Made by a program: the position numbers and the translations under genes. The notes under the pieces are model-generated. The model did no database searches and was not told the DNA's origin. It saw nothing but the letters and a program-made list of their open reading frames with translations. From Octopus bimaculoides (Eukaryota), in assembly GCF_001194135.2 (NCBI RefSeq), contig NC_069004.1, positions 15,547,072-15,611,071 on the forward strand: 64,000 bases of DNA. The letters are read 5' to 3'. Positions 24,561 through 38,000 of this stretch are shown one piece after another (within the stretch, counting starts at the first letter, position 1; each line of letters begins with the position of its first letter).

Positions 24561-27500
24561 TCAATCGTCCTTCTTATTGGGAACCGATTGTGGAGTTGGT
24601 TCGGCAGCAGAAACCGGTGCATCCTGCAATAAAAGAAATAGGATTTTTAAAAAAAACTTTAAATAATTGTTTCACTTGATTTAAATACATCAGTTTAATG
24701 TTCATACTTTAAAAGTCATCATCATCAACATCCGTTTTCCATGCTGGCAAGGGTTGGATGGTTTGACTGGGGACTGGCAAGCTAGGAGGCTGCACCAAGT
24801 TCCTATCTGATCTGGCAATGTTTCTACAGCTAGATATCCTTCCTAATGCCAAGCACTCCAAGAGTGTAGTGGGTGTTTTTTACATGCCACCGGTATGGGA
24901 GCCAGTCAGGCGGTACTGGCAACAGCCACGTTTGGATGGTGCTTTTTATGTGCTACTGGCACAGGAGCCAGTTGGGGGTGCTTTTTATGTGCTACCAGCA
25001 CAGGAGTCACTAATAACATTCTGGACAATTCCTTAATAAGATATTAGTTTCAAATTCTGACACAAGGCTAGTAATTTCACGGTAGTGGGGTAGTTGATTA
25101 CATCAACCCCAGTACTCAACTGATACTTATTTCATCGACCCCAAAAGGATGAAATGCAAAGTCGATGTCAGCAGAATTTGAACTCAAAACATAAAAACAG
25201 ATGAAATGCCACTAAGCATTTTATCAGGCACAAAATACAAGGGGAAGGAAACAGGCAAGGAAAACGGGGTTCCCTTTTTTCCTAAGCTTTTTATTTTTTT
25301 TAGTATTGAAGTGTTTCGTAAAATGGGAAAAACTATTCAGAAAGACATTTCTCTACAAATTACCATAAAAAGGTTTTTTGTTTTTTTTTTAACACTTTGC
25401 TCTTCCACCAATTCTGTACCATTTCCCATCCCCCAAAATTTGCGATAGTTATTCCAAAACTTCGGTGTTCTTTAGTCTTATTAGGTCAACCCTGATCGAG
25501 CAAAGGCATTCTATACGTGACCCTCACCCCATATTTGGAATCTTTTGCAAAAGGCAGGACGGTGTGGCTTAAGGGAAATTCAGCTTCTATTTCTAACAGA
25601 CCAATTGAGCACATGGGGCCCCACGCTCCGTCCCAGGCCTCATTATCTCGCATCCTTTAATTTATATGATATACTGGAAAAAAAAAAACAAATGGTAGAT
25701 TTCTTTTTAGAAAATATCGGGGAGGTGGTAACGAACTCCGGGTAAATTATATAACATCCAAAGAAATACAGGAAGGGAAATTTTCAGTTCCCAAAATATG
25801 ACTTCTATTACATAATAGAAGTCATATTTTGGGGACTGTCATCTCTCTCTTCATTCCTTAAAGACGGTTGACATAAACTTTACTGTCAAACAGACTCGAG
25901 TCATTATAAATGAAAATTAGAGAAAATAAATTTAACTACTTGCTATAAGCTTTCCTTCATTAATATATTTTTACACGTTTTTCATTAAATTTTTTAAAAA
26001 ATTATCTTTTGATTTGACACACCTGTTAGACATTGCCAACTTAGTTTATTGCTACCAGGGGTAGATCTCTTGATCTGGTCATTGATTTATTTAAGAACAA
26101 CCTGTTGATATTCATCATTCAACTGGGACGTTAGTTTATTACATAAATATATTTAACGGTCAATGTCTGTTTTCTTTCTTCGCGCATGTTTGCGTTTCTT
26201 CGGTTTTAGATTTGTTTTTTAATGTGGGTTTTGTATTATATATGTAATCTCAGTTGGTAAATAGTGCATGTTAAGGAATATTCTAGTAGGTGTTAAAAAC
26301 AAAAGAAAACTTTTTTTTCTTATCTATACGCATCTATTATATATTTATTCATCCTGATATTGATAATACTGCTAGCATTTACTTTTTTATTAATCATTTC
26401 ACAAGAAAAACAGGACATCAACCAAAGTAATCATTATTATTTCGATTACTTCTGAAGTGATTGACCTAATTTGAATGTGACTAATGATAATAGTTACCTT
26501 AATTGGAATCAACTCATCCGTGACACCAAATATTTAGTGTTAGATAATGATACACACGCACACATAAATACAAACTTATCTTGTTCAGTAACGTGGTCAG
26601 GGTTGGTATCAATTGAGTAATTCATGTTATCACCAACTCTGTTATCAGACCGTATGGAATCCTTAGCAATAATGTTACAAACACACACAGACTGATGTTA
26701 GTAATAAATCGTAAATGCGTATCCTCTCTGCATTAAATGGCGACAGCAGTGACTCAGGAAAAAACACCTTTCGGTATTACTCAACCCATCCCCGTCGCGA
26801 ATAAAAAATTACAATTAAAAACTTATGTAAAAATAAATGAGGGTGGGAAAATAACAAGATTCCCGCTAGTTTCACTTTTCCCTAACCCTTCTAGAAGTCC
26901 TTTGATTTAAAAATATTTTTTCGATGTTAATCGATTATCAATCACAAGAAACCTTCTATTGTAAACGAGTCAATGAGGAAGACCAATAAATGATCGTTCG
27001 GTTTGTTAGAGATAGCAGTCAGTCTCCCTCAAATAATAAGCTTGCATCTTAAAAAAAAAAAAAATGTATAATGTAGTTTGGAAGCACACTAAACCCAGAA
27101 CAAAAAATGAGACGGGTGGAAATGTCTAGCTGTTTTTGACCGTAGGTCTGCTCAAACAGGGTTCTCTCGGAGTTAAATACGGAAATGTCGAACAGCTAAT
27201 ATTTCTTCAGAATGTCAACTCCCGATTTGATGTCATTGAGGGAAGTTAAAAGCGAGAACATCTTCACTGGTTGGAGGGAATACTGTTGGATGTTAACATG
27301 GGAAATTGGTAAAATCCCTGTCAAAACGGAAAACATTCAACTTCTGTGTGCATCCTGATCTGAAACTTTGCCGAACAGAAAATAAAAATAAAATGGATCA
27401 TTTGATGGTTTATACGGCCATCGGCTGGTGGTTCACTTCACAAACAGGTTCTAGTTTACATCCTACTATACGAGGTGAATTGGTGCATTCAAACAGCAAA

Positions 27501-27826
27501 TACCGAAATATACCATCACAATTTGCACAGTCACTGTTGTCATTTCGGAATATCAGGAATGTAAACTAGTGGTTAATCTACGATGATAGTGATCACACAA
27601 TTCAGTTTATAAAATAAACAAATAAATTCACGATAGTTTAAAATGCTGAGAAGAGCAACAGACTTACATTTGGAGGTGGTGTGCTAGTTTTTGTGGAATT
27701 AGTAGTGTCAGCTGCAGAACTGATGGGTTTCTTCCATGGATCCCAGAATTTTAGAATGAACGGTCGAAGGAATCTGTGGAATATCCATAGGAAAAATGGT
27801 ATTACAATACAAGGTATACACACCAT
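24561..27826 (-). CDS. C18orf32: UPF0729 protein C18orf32 homolog, 73 aa, 2 coding exons
   Basis: Exon 27668-27826 (MVCIPCIVIPFFLWIFHRFLRPFILKFWDPWKKPISSAADTTNSTKTSTPPPN|gtaagt) and exon 24561-24623 (ttattgcag|DAPVSAAEPTPQSVPNKKDD*). The N-terminus MVCIPCIVIP.LW is the family signature and the C-terminal KKD ending matches. AATAAA on the minus strand at 24417-24422. Confidence 0.92.
25790..25833. repeat. Perfect palindrome, 21-bp arms with a 2-nt centre
   Basis: CCCAAAATATGACTTCTATTA-CA-TAATAGAAGTCATATTTTGGG. Confidence 0.95.
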
Positions 27827-27944
27827 GCTTAGAGGTGGATATAAATTGTTAGTTTTGTATTTTCTTCAGTTTTAAATACAAAAATTGTTTGTACTTCGTT
27901 TTTGTTTTGTCAACAAATATCCTCGACAATTACCTCCCTTTATA

Positions 27945-27953
27945 TCACGTGAC
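27945..27953. promoter_or_regulatory. E-box TCACGTGAC upstream of C18orf32
   Basis: About 120 nt upstream of the ATG at 27826; USF/MiT-TFE-type extended E-box. Confidence 0.4.
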
Positions 27954-28046
27954 CTGATTGATCAGCTGACTGAGGTCGATCATTCATCAGTCAACGACGA
28001 ACAGTCTCATGTTATGACACTAATCAAACTTTTTTTTTATTATTAA

Positions 28047-28445
28047 AGACGGCGATTTGGCAGAATCGGTAGCATGTCAGGACAAAATATTTAGCGGCAT
28101 TCTGTTCGTTTTTATATTCTGAATTCAAATTCCGCCGAGATCGATTTGCCTTTTTGTCCTTTCGGGGTCGATGTCATAAGTACCAGTTGAGCACTGGAGG
28201 ATCGATGTAATCAACTTACCCCATCTCCCCAAATTGCTGGCCTTGTACCTACAGTGGAAAGAATTATTAAAAGTGGCGAGCTAGTAGAATCGATAGCGCG
28301 TCAGAAAAAAATGATTAGTGGTATTACGTTCTGTGTTCAAATCCCTCCGAGGCCAATTCTGTCTTTCGTCTTTTCGGGACCAATAAAATAAAATACCAGT
28401 CAAATTTTGGGATCAACATAATCGACTAACACCTTCCATCACCAC
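28047..28445 (+). mobile_element. Two tandem SINE family A copies between C18orf32 and DNAJC16
   Basis: ggcgatttggcagaatcggtagcatg...gaattcaaattccgccgag...taccagttgagcactgg, followed by a second, more degenerate copy. Confidence 0.75.
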
Positions 28446-29408
28446 AAAAACATGTGTTAGCTTTGGACCAAGATTTGAAGCAATTATTAAAAAGGATAAT
28501 AATAATAAAGTGTGTGTGTTATAATGATGAAGTCAAGCCAAATAAGAATATTTTGAAAGCATTTATTATGCATGTTTCAGAATTGGAAATACATCCCATT
28601 AGGCAATATCTTCCTCAGTTAATACATTTCAAAATATTTTGAAATGTTTTAACTTTAAATTACTAAGAAGATGAATACAAATTATAAACATCAGATATTA
28701 TAAATCAGGATGTTGTTGCTTGGCTCTTGAGTATTGGTCATTGAGCTAACCTATAATTAAAGGCATTCTAACAGTATCCAACTCGTCTTTTATTCAGTGT
28801 TTGTAGGCCTACATTATTTTATGTGTCCTTCATGTTTTAAGATGACACAGGTGATTTAGCTGCTATTTCTAATAGGATGAATTACCAACTCTTTGTCTGA
28901 GACAGAGAGAAATCTGTTTGAAAAAAAAAAAAAAAATAATAATGATGATTTCTTTTCTTTCTCTCTCACAAAAACTGGAACCGTTTTCTCTCCACAACTG
29001 ACAATCTAATCCAAACTCATGAAACTGTCTTTTAACAAAAAGAGACATTGGTTAAAGTAATTCTAGAAGCAAAACAAAATGTTATTTGTTTGTAATTTTG
29101 TTTATTTTTTTCCATTGATATTATGTAGAATTAAAACAGAAAAACTGAATTTTAATAAATAAACTACTTAGAAAACATTTATTTGTAAATTTCTAAAACG
29201 AAGAGGCTTTAAACTTATATCCATCATCAGAAAAAGATGGAAATCAATCATAATCCCCCTCCTCTTCCTCCTTAATTCTGACGCTTTATCTTATAAACCC
29301 TTGTTATGTTTTTACCAATAATTTCAGTATCTGACTACATTTCAAGTCAACTTGGTCTCATCAGTTGGAGTCAGAATGAAACAAGATACTGTTTGCTATG
29401 TCACCGTT

Positions 29409-29417
29409 ACTTCCGGT
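29409..29417. promoter_or_regulatory. ETS-type motif ACTTCCGGT in the divergent C18orf32/DNAJC16 interval
   Basis: Exact canonical ETS core about 310 nt upstream of the DNAJC16 ATG. Function is inferred only. Confidence 0.4.
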
Positions 29418-29724
29418 TTCCATTGATTACTTCTTTTTTTCAGCTGAAAATTCTTGGATTTATAAGTAAATAGGCCATTTACTATATTCTACATTGTGTA
29501 TCGCTGGACTGAACCAGACATAAACCAAAACACCAATCGTTTATAATAAGTGGGGATCAGTCTTTTTGTGAAATAACCCAGTACCAGTGGAATATCTTGT
29601 GGTTTGTCATCATCGTTTTAGCAGGTATTTATCTCGATACGTAAAGCTCGTCGATATTTCTCTTTCATGGCACGGGAGGTTAGGCTCTAGACCTAATTTT
29701 TATCCCATTCCATACAATACACAA

Positions 29725-32016
29725 ATGAACACAAACCGTATGTTCATTTTCCTCGTCAGCTATTTTGTTACTTTGAATATTTGTATCGTTCGTAGCACAG
29801 AGGACTTGTATGATGTCCTAGGTGTGAGCAGGTTCGCCTCCTCACAGGAAATTAAAAAAGCCTATAAAAACTTAGCCAAAATATGGCATCCTGATAAAAA
29901 TAATGATCCTGATGCCACAGACAAATTTATGAAAATTAATGAAGCTTATGAAACTTTGGCTGACAATGATAAACGCTCTATGTATGACAGACATGGTTAT
30001 AGCGCTGCACATGAGCCACCTCCGGGGAGCCAAAGAGGGGCAGGCTTCGGCGAATTCCCCTCGTTTTTTAGGCACGGACCCTTCGGCTCATTTAATTTCA
30101 ACTTTGGAAACGGTGAATCTATCCTTGATAAATATACTATTTCTTTAAGATTTTACGAAAACCACGTTCTTCCCAACAGTTATTTAACTCCCTATTTTTT
30201 ATATGCGTATACAGACTTTTGTTTTGCCTGCATGCACTATGAATCTTTGATTGAAAAAATAATCAAGGAACTTGAAGAAGTTGGTATTGGTGTAGCAACC
30301 GTTCACGTGGCTTCTAGTCGACCCCTTGCAAGTAGGCTTCGGCTTCACGAAGTGCCCCAAATCATGGGCGTCATTAACGGTCATGTTCACTATTTGAAAA
30401 AACAAATATCACTGCAGATTCTCAGGGATTTTATCCGCAACCTTTTCCCAACCAATACCATTCAACGTTTAAATGACAAAAATATCAAAGACTTTTTGCT
30501 CGGCTGGCCCGACAATCGTGTCCGAGCACTGTTTTTTTCTGCAAAAGACAAAATTCCAGGTAGGTTTCTTGTACCTGCATTCAGATTTCAAGAGAAAATA
30601 GCATCTGGTTTCATCAACATGAAGGAGGCGTCGGTTGTGGCCAATAGCTTACAGAAATATAATATTAACAATGCTAAAGACACACTTATCATTGTAGGGG
30701 AGAATATCAACAGTACCCTGGGAGTTGTATCCATGCCTTCATTATCCAAAAATAACGTCGTGGAATTCATGAATAGATTTCAGTTTCTGACTTTACCACG
30801 ATTATCTTCTGAACTATTTTTTGATGAACTCTGCCCTATTGAGAGCAAAGTTAAACAGAGGAAGCTGTGTGTTGTTCTTTTGACTTTGAAAACTGAAGAA
30901 CATGACACTCATCGAACGTTATTTCGAAATTATGTTCAGCAGGCACCATCCTTTCAGAATCGAGTGACATTTTCATACATATTCAAAGATGTTCAGTATC
31001 GGTTTGTTGATGCTTTGTTAGAAGGTAGTCACTCAGGTGAGACTGATGACAGGTTGAAGATAGCTGTTTTATGGCGAATGAACAAAAACCATATAAATTA
31101 TGAATGGATTGAACCTGGCTGGTCAAAAGAACTTCATGAAAACCAAGTGGTTTGTCAAAATATGGAAAAGCATTTGCAAGAATTACTTGTTAGTTCTAAT
31201 CAACTTCATTATACTGCCACATATACTTCATTTTATAATGAACATTCTTCTGGAATGTTTATGAACATTTTAACAAAACTATCTAATGGTTGCTATGATT
31301 TCTACGAATATATTTCAGCAGGTGTAAGTAACTTTGATGGTGTTATGTGGCTTACCATTTGGTTAGCTATTTTAACTATTGGAGTATTATTCCAAAGAAA
31401 GCTTTTAATTAAAGAGATGAAAAATCGACAGTCAGAGAGGAGAAGGCAACGTGAATCCACAACTACTGCAGAAAGATCAATATATGAAAATTCGAAAATA
31501 CGTCTGCATGAACTTTGCAACCAGACCTTCAGTAAGTTGATACTAAATGAGGATTCTTGCTTAACAATTACATTATTAGTTAACAAAGAAAGCAAAGATA
31601 AATTATTGGCCAAATTCTTGAAAATTGTTAAACCATATTCACTGTCAACAAGATCAAAATTTGCATTTCTTCGATTAGATCATTATTTGAATTGGTATCA
31701 ACGATTATTGAGAGACAGCAATGTTTTCTGTGGGCAGCTCTCTGAAACTGATTGCACTGGAACAGTAATTGCTTTTAATGCTTATCGGAAGTACTATTAC
31801 ATTTTCCATTCAAAGACTGCCTCTAAACAGGCAAAAAATGCAAACATTGGTAAGAAATGTTCCATATTTGATTCTGATTCAGATGAAGCTGGTGAAACTG
31901 AAAATGTTTTCGATGAACTTCTGATAGGTTTGGAAAACTGGTTAGATAAAGTTATTGATGGAATAGTGGAAAGGATTTTTATTCAGAATTGGCCACTAAT
32001 GGAAAATTCTCTATGA
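29725..32016 (+). CDS. DNAJC16: DnaJ homolog subfamily C member 16 (ERdj8), single coding exon, 763 aa
   Basis: Uninterrupted ORF. The first ATG is at 29725 (the track's 29587 start is GTG); ATG 29740 is an alternative. Hydrophobic signal peptide, J domain (DLYDVLGV...WHPDKN), thioredoxin-like domain with CFAC (CxxC), further TRX-like folds, TM segment (VMWLTIWLAILTIGVLF), C-terminal ...LENWLDKVIDG...WP. Confidence 0.95.
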   Translation: MNTNRMFIFLVSYFVTLNICIVRSTEDLYDVLGVSRFASSQEIKKAYKNLAKIWHPDKNNDPDATDKFMKINEAYETLADNDKRSMYDRHGYSAAHEPPPGSQRGAGFGEFPSFFRHGPFGSFNFNFGNGESILDKYTISLRFYENHVLPNSYLTPYFLYAYTDFCFACMHYESLIEKIIKELEEVGIGVATVHVASSRPLASRLRLHEVPQIMGVINGHVHYLKKQISLQILRDFIRNLFPTNTIQRLNDKNIKDFLLGWPDNRVRALFFSAKDKIPGRFLVPAFRFQEKIASGFINMKEASVVANSLQKYNINNAKDTLIIVGENINSTLGVVSMPSLSKNNVVEFMNRFQFLTLPRLSSELFFDELCPIESKVKQRKLCVVLLTLKTEEHDTHRTLFRNYVQQAPSFQNRVTFSYIFKDVQYRFVDALLEGSHSGETDDRLKIAVLWRMNKNHINYEWIEPGWSKELHENQVVCQNMEKHLQELLVSSNQLHYTATYTSFYNEHSSGMFMNILTKLSNGCYDFYEYISAGVSNFDGVMWLTIWLAILTIGVLFQRKLLIKEMKNRQSERRRQRESTTTAERSIYENSKIRLHELCNQTFSKLILNEDSCLTITLLVNKESKDKLLAKFLKIVKPYSLSTRSKFAFLRLDHYLNWYQRLLRDSNVFCGQLSETDCTGTVIAFNAYRKYYYIFHSKTASKQAKNANIGKKCSIFDSDSDEAGETENVFDELLIGLENWLDKVIDGIVERIFIQNWPLMENSL

Positions 32017-35000
32017 GTTGTTAAACCTTGTCCTTTTTTCTTGTCGTATGTATTGTTTGTGTCTAGAGTTTTTGCTCCTGGTAATCTGTTGAGGCGGTCT
32101 GTTTGTGGCAACTGCTGTAGAAGATATCAATAATAGTCTGTTGACAATAAAGCCAGTTTTTCAACAGATCTTTCTCTCTTTCTCTGCAACAAGAACAGGC
32201 AACAATTGATTGACAAACTGGGGACTAATATTTATTTCTAGTTTACTACCAACTACATGAATCAATAAGCAGGAGCCAGGACAATTTATTTAATTCCATT
32301 TTGCTGTTTTGAAATACTAATTTTCTGCTATCCTCTGAACTCTACTGAGACTAAACATTATCAACAATGTTACCATCTCCTCTCTCTCTCTAAACATTTC
32401 ATGGGTGAAAAATGAAAAATTCTTTGGAAAGCAACTTGAACACAGTAATTTGGAATAGCTAAGCTGTTTTATTTTGTGCAATAAAAGTTTGCAAAAATAT
32501 AACATCAATTAAATAAAGAGAAAAAAAACAGAAAGAAAACAAAACAATAAAGCTAAAATCCTCTTTTCCTCTACATTTCTTCCTTCTGAATGATTGAAGC
32601 TGGTCATCAAACTGATGTTAGCTTGTGATTGAGAGAAGCTGTTTCATTTTCAAGTTGTATTGATCCATCCAATCACCACTTGCTGTCCTCTTTGTAAAAC
32701 TCTTTAATTTTCCTCTCTTTTGCAAGCAAATCTTTTATATTCACAGCACACTATTGCTACAAATAAACTGACATCACCCTTGACAAACATTTTTTTCTAT
32801 GAAACAAAATCTTTTCAGTGCAAAGACGAATAGGATTTTTTTTTAAAACTCAATTATTTAAAATAATTTTATTCTTTGAACAACTACAGACTTCTATCAC
32901 CGACTTCATTAACTCTTGCTTCTGCACTCATTAACCAATGAAAATTATTGCAACACTAGTTTAGTGATTTACATATGCTATTTACTTTTCACATGGGAGG
33001 TAGCTGCTATGCAGTTGCTTGTCCTGCTGAAAATTGCAGCTAAATCTTCTGCATATCATCACATTACACTCTAGTGTCTTAGAAAAGCACACATTGGATA
33101 ATGCACTCTTAGGTGCACTGTGCCAAGATAAAGAGGGGGCTGGTCATGGCTGGAGCGCCTTTGTTTGCTCAGAGCTGACCTGGGACTAAAGCAACAACTA
33201 TTTGAGTGAAAGACTTTACAGCAGCCTGAGATTTGTGCAAGTTGAAATAAATAGAAAACTGAAATCTAATTTTGTAATACAGCCTTACAAGGGGGGGGGG
33301 GCGTAGGAATAAAAACAACTTTGAATTTAGTATTAGGAAGAACACTAATTATATTAATATACTGGAGTAATTTATTAAAAAAAATATTGATTAATGTTTG
33401 CAAAGGAAGTGGATGGCCATATTGTCATGGATGGGATTGGAAATGGTAGGTGAAGGCAAAAAGTAGACCTGAATAAATGTTAGCTCTACTGATGAAACTT
33501 ATTTTCTTGTTAAAGTAACACCTAACTAACAGGGAGAATATTTATGCTGTCCATCGAGTTCAGCTGAATCTTGTTTATTGATTTAATCAGGGCAGGTTCT
33601 GTCACTAGATTCTTGTGTATCACTTGCAGAACTAGAAAGTTGTTCTATAGTCTCTCCACCAAATCAGTGTAGATATCACAGTAGTATAACAGTAATAGTA
33701 GTAGTAATAGGCTTTGAGTGACAATCACGAGTAGCAGAAGTAGATTAGTAGTTGGGAGGGGTGGTTGAGGCAGAGGTAAGTTAACTGAGGAAGTGGTAGA
33801 TTGGGGTTAGTATTGATGGTTAATCCATAAACTGCTGGGATTTTGCTGTATGTAACACGAACTGCTGAGCCTATTTTGGGTAAAGGTCAACATCGATCTA
33901 TCACTCGAAAAAAATAAAAAAATACTCAGTGTTTCTTAACACCTGTGATTTGGCTACACTGTTTCTGGGGTGAAAGGGTATCGTGTGCATACATTATACG
34001 TCATCAAAATTAGGTCAGATCATGCCCTACTTCTGTGGCCTGTCGCGTTGGCCACTGAGGTGGCCTATCGCAGTTTATGGGTTAATAAAAGGCGGTAAGC
34101 TAGCAGAATCGTGAACATGCCGGGCAAAATGCTTAATAGCATTTCGTTCATCATTATGTTCTGAGTTTAGAATTCCACTGAGGTCGACTTTGCCTTTCAT
34201 CTCTTTAGGGGTCAATAAAATAAGTTCGAGTTGAACACTGGGGTCAATTTAATTGATTTATCCCTTTCCCCAAACCTGCTAGCCTTGTGCCGAAATTTGA
34301 AACCAATACTTATGGTTATCTAGGGAAAAATTAACTATAGTTGGTTGGAGAGGCGAAAGAAATCTAATATTTTGAGGTTCGGCTAATACATAAATTTCTT
34401 GAGGTAGATGCTGGACAGGACAATTTTAAATTGTTTAATGCAATTAGAAAAATGAAGTTAGTTGTGTGTAATGGCTCAGTTAGAAGATGGTTAGAAAAAG
34501 TTACTGTAAATACAATCTTATAAAGTTTATAAATGAGTAAAGCAAAAATGGAACAAGCTAGATGAATGCATTTTTGCACAGTTGTGTCCTGTAAATGCAT
34601 TTTTGCACAGCTAAGTATCCAGTTGCAACTTTGACAAATTGATGTAAAAAAGCAATGTTGGTGATGTTTGTTAATTTTGATGTTATTTATTTTTGTTTAT
34701 ATTTTATGTCATACATTTGTGAAAATAAGCATTGATGGTTGTAACTTATTTTATATCTCTTTTTTAAACCATATTCATGTCTTTCTCCTATTTTTTTTTT
34801 TTTTCACAAACATTGTGTTAAAACATTGTCATATGGATTCCTTTTGTAGACGGATTTTTTATTTTATTTTATTTTTCACTTGTGTGTTTTTATTTTTAAA
34901 ATATCTAAAAAACCCTCCCCCAAAAAACAATTTTAATAACTTGAATGGTGATAAATAATCCAACATAAATGTTATATAAATCACAGAATATATTTAATAA

Positions 35001-38000
35001 TTAAATATTAAACCAAATCATTTCAAGTATTTTAGTTTAATTTTATAATTATTTCATTGGTATATGACTTTTTTGCTTTGCATCCATTATGTCAAGCCTA
35101 TTTTTCCACCTCGTTAATTACTAACTTATTTCATTTCCACTAATTACTCATCATTATGTATAATGACATGGCATTACATCTCTGCAAATATGTCAGAACA
35201 TTGGATAAAACACCCTCAGCGATTTGTTCTCGTTCTTTCATGCATGTTCTCATTCTCTCACCCTTTCAAGGCCAACTTAGTACCGGCATTGTTTTTTCTC
35301 TTTTAGAAAAAAAATTGTGAGTAACGGTCTCTCCTGATTGTTGTCAGATATACAGGGGAATAGATTGCCCTAAGTTTAGATGTACAAGTCTTGTATGTCA
35401 GAATGATGCCTCCCCTTCCACTGCATGATTCTGTCAGGAGTCAAGCATCTGAGCTATCTCTGCCATATCGTAAACCTCTATTCAACCATAGTTTTTTCTC
35501 ACTGCAACACATTGCTAAACTCCTTAGGAACAAAACTCGGGTTAAAAACTCACACTCCTAACATATTTCAAGTGTTTCATGAAAAACCCATTATTTGGCA
35601 GAAAGAAATTGTATCAGAAAGAAGAGGCATTGTTTAGCATTCAAATTTCTAAAGACATAGAGCAAATACCCTTAGAGCAACATTCTAAGGATTCTGTCTA
35701 ACCCTAACTCTTTTCTGAAATAACATCATGAGTTCCTTCACCCCATTAAATCCACTGACTACTCTTGATTGTCCCCAATGATATTGGATAGACATATGAG
35801 ACAGACACCTTAAACAGCACCCAAATGAAGACCATTCAACTGATTGCCAAAGACTCTTTCACCAATATGCTCTACCTATTGACTCATGTATGTACCATTC
35901 CTTCTCTTTTCTCCTCCTCCTCTTCTTTGTCTTCTTTTTCATCATCGCCTCCTCCACTTCACTCTCCTTCCATCATCCTCATTCTGCACTGTATCCCAGA
36001 TTCCATATTATTAAACACCCTCTTTCATCTCCCACTTTTTCTGCCGACCGTACCCCTCACAGGATGTTCAAACTGAATATCACCTACATTGGTCTCACTA
36101 ATATGGAGTGGAAGGACTCCAAAGTGTATCAATATTGTCATTCCTTCACTGACCAATAAAAAAAAAGACATCCATCTCAACATTAACTCCTCATCTACAA
36201 CCATTGACCCAGATTCCATTGTCAAATATCCTTGTTTACTCTTGTACTACATTCCCAAATATCTGAATCAAAGCACCATTGCTGACAAAATTACAAATGG
36301 TTGTCACGTTTATCTTTAACTTGTTTCAGCCATTAGACTATGGCCATGCTGGTGCATCGCCTTGAAGAAGTTTTAGTCAAATGAATAAACCTAAGTACTT
36401 TCTTTTTTTCTTTAGACCTGGTACTTATTTTATCAGTGTCTTTTGCCAAACTGCTAAGTTATAGGGATGTAAACATAACACCGTTTGCCTATCAGTGGTG
36501 GGGGACAAACAAACACGCACACACATACACATATATGACAGGCTTCTTTCAGTTTCTATCTACCACATCCACTCACAAGGCTTTGGTCAACCACACTGTG
36601 GGACTGAACCTGGAACCATGTGGTTGGGAAGTAAGCTTCTTACCATACAGCCATGCCTGTACCTGCATCTTTTTACCACTTGAAAATGCTGACTTTGCTT
36701 TGCACCTTCTTTCTCTCAGTTATTTCAGTGTGCTGGTTATGTTTAATTCTGTTTAGCATTCAAATTTCTCTGTCAAATGTAATCCTTGTTTATTGCCATT
36801 ATTTCAAGTCAATCATGAATTATCTCGTAGCTTTGCAGTTTTGGTGATGTGATTCTTTATTTTTTAGAATGACATTGTAGGATACTTGTAAGAGGACAGA
36901 TCTGGCCAGTTTTAACTTAGTAGCAGGTAAGATATTTGAGCAAAATATGGTCAGTTTAAACACTAATGGGTTAAGTCTTTTTTAGTTGTGAAAGGGTGAA
37001 GACGCATAGCTTAGTGGTTAGAGTGTTCAGCTCGCAATCATAAGGTCATAAGTTCAATTCCCAGCACAGTATTGTGTCCTTGAGCAAGACACTTTATTTC
37101 ACGTTGCTCCATTCCACTCAGCTGGCAAAAATGAGTTGTAGCTGTAATTCAAAGCACCATCCTTTTTATATTCTGTGTCACACTGAATCTCTATGAGAAC
37201 TACGTGAAGAGTACACATGTCTGTGGAGTGCTAAACCACCTACGTGTTAATTTCACAAGTAGGCTGTTCCATTGATCAGACCGACTGGAACACTCCTCAT
37301 TGTAACCAACAGAATGTCAGTTAATTGTGAAAGGATTTGAATCAACTCATTAAGGTGTGAAACCATGATAGAGTCTGATCAGACACTGCAATACTGGTTC
37401 ATCACCTTTTTTGTGTCATCATGTGGCCCCCAAGGCCGCAAGCTGGCAGAATTGTTAGCACACCTGACAAAAAGCCTAAATAGTATTTTGTTTGCCGCTA
37501 TGTTCTCAGTTCAAATTCCGCTGAGGTCGACTTTGCCTTTCATCTTTTCAGTGTCAATAAATTAAGTACCAGTTATGCACTGGGGTCAATGTAATCGACT
37601 ATCCTACTTTGCCAAAAATTTTCAAGGCCTTGTGCCTAGAGTAGAAATAATTATCATGTGGCCTCGTTCCCCATTGCTGGACCAATTTACCCTCATTATT
37701 ATTGGTGTATGTCACATGGTGATTAAGTGACTTATTTCTGCAGAAGCTCTCTCTTTCCCTCTCTCTTAATTTAAGTTGCTTAAAGGTTAAATATTATACA
37801 GCAATAAATAAATAAATCACTCTCTAGATTATCATAAAGACGTCTGGGTTTCTTAGTTGCCATAAATCTTCCTGATCAAAATTGCTCCAGGTGTGACAAT
37901 TTTATTATTTTTCTGCACTCATTCTCTATGAATCCATTATTCAGTGTATCTTTCCTTTTCTTTATTAAAAATGATGGGGTATAATCTTGCTGATATTTCT

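Noticed and set aside
26736-26780. ATGGCGACA... start-like exon (MATAVTQEKTPF|gtatta) on the plus strand within the C18orf32 intron
   Set aside because: No compatible downstream exon or homology found.
29587-29724. 809-aa version of DNAJC16 from the ORF track
   Set aside because: It starts at GTG and would bury the signal peptide behind 46 non-homologous residues; ATG 29725 (or 29740) fits better.
35460-36300. Possible Penelope/LINE relic
   Set aside because: Only a faint IG*T motif and many stops; not supportable.
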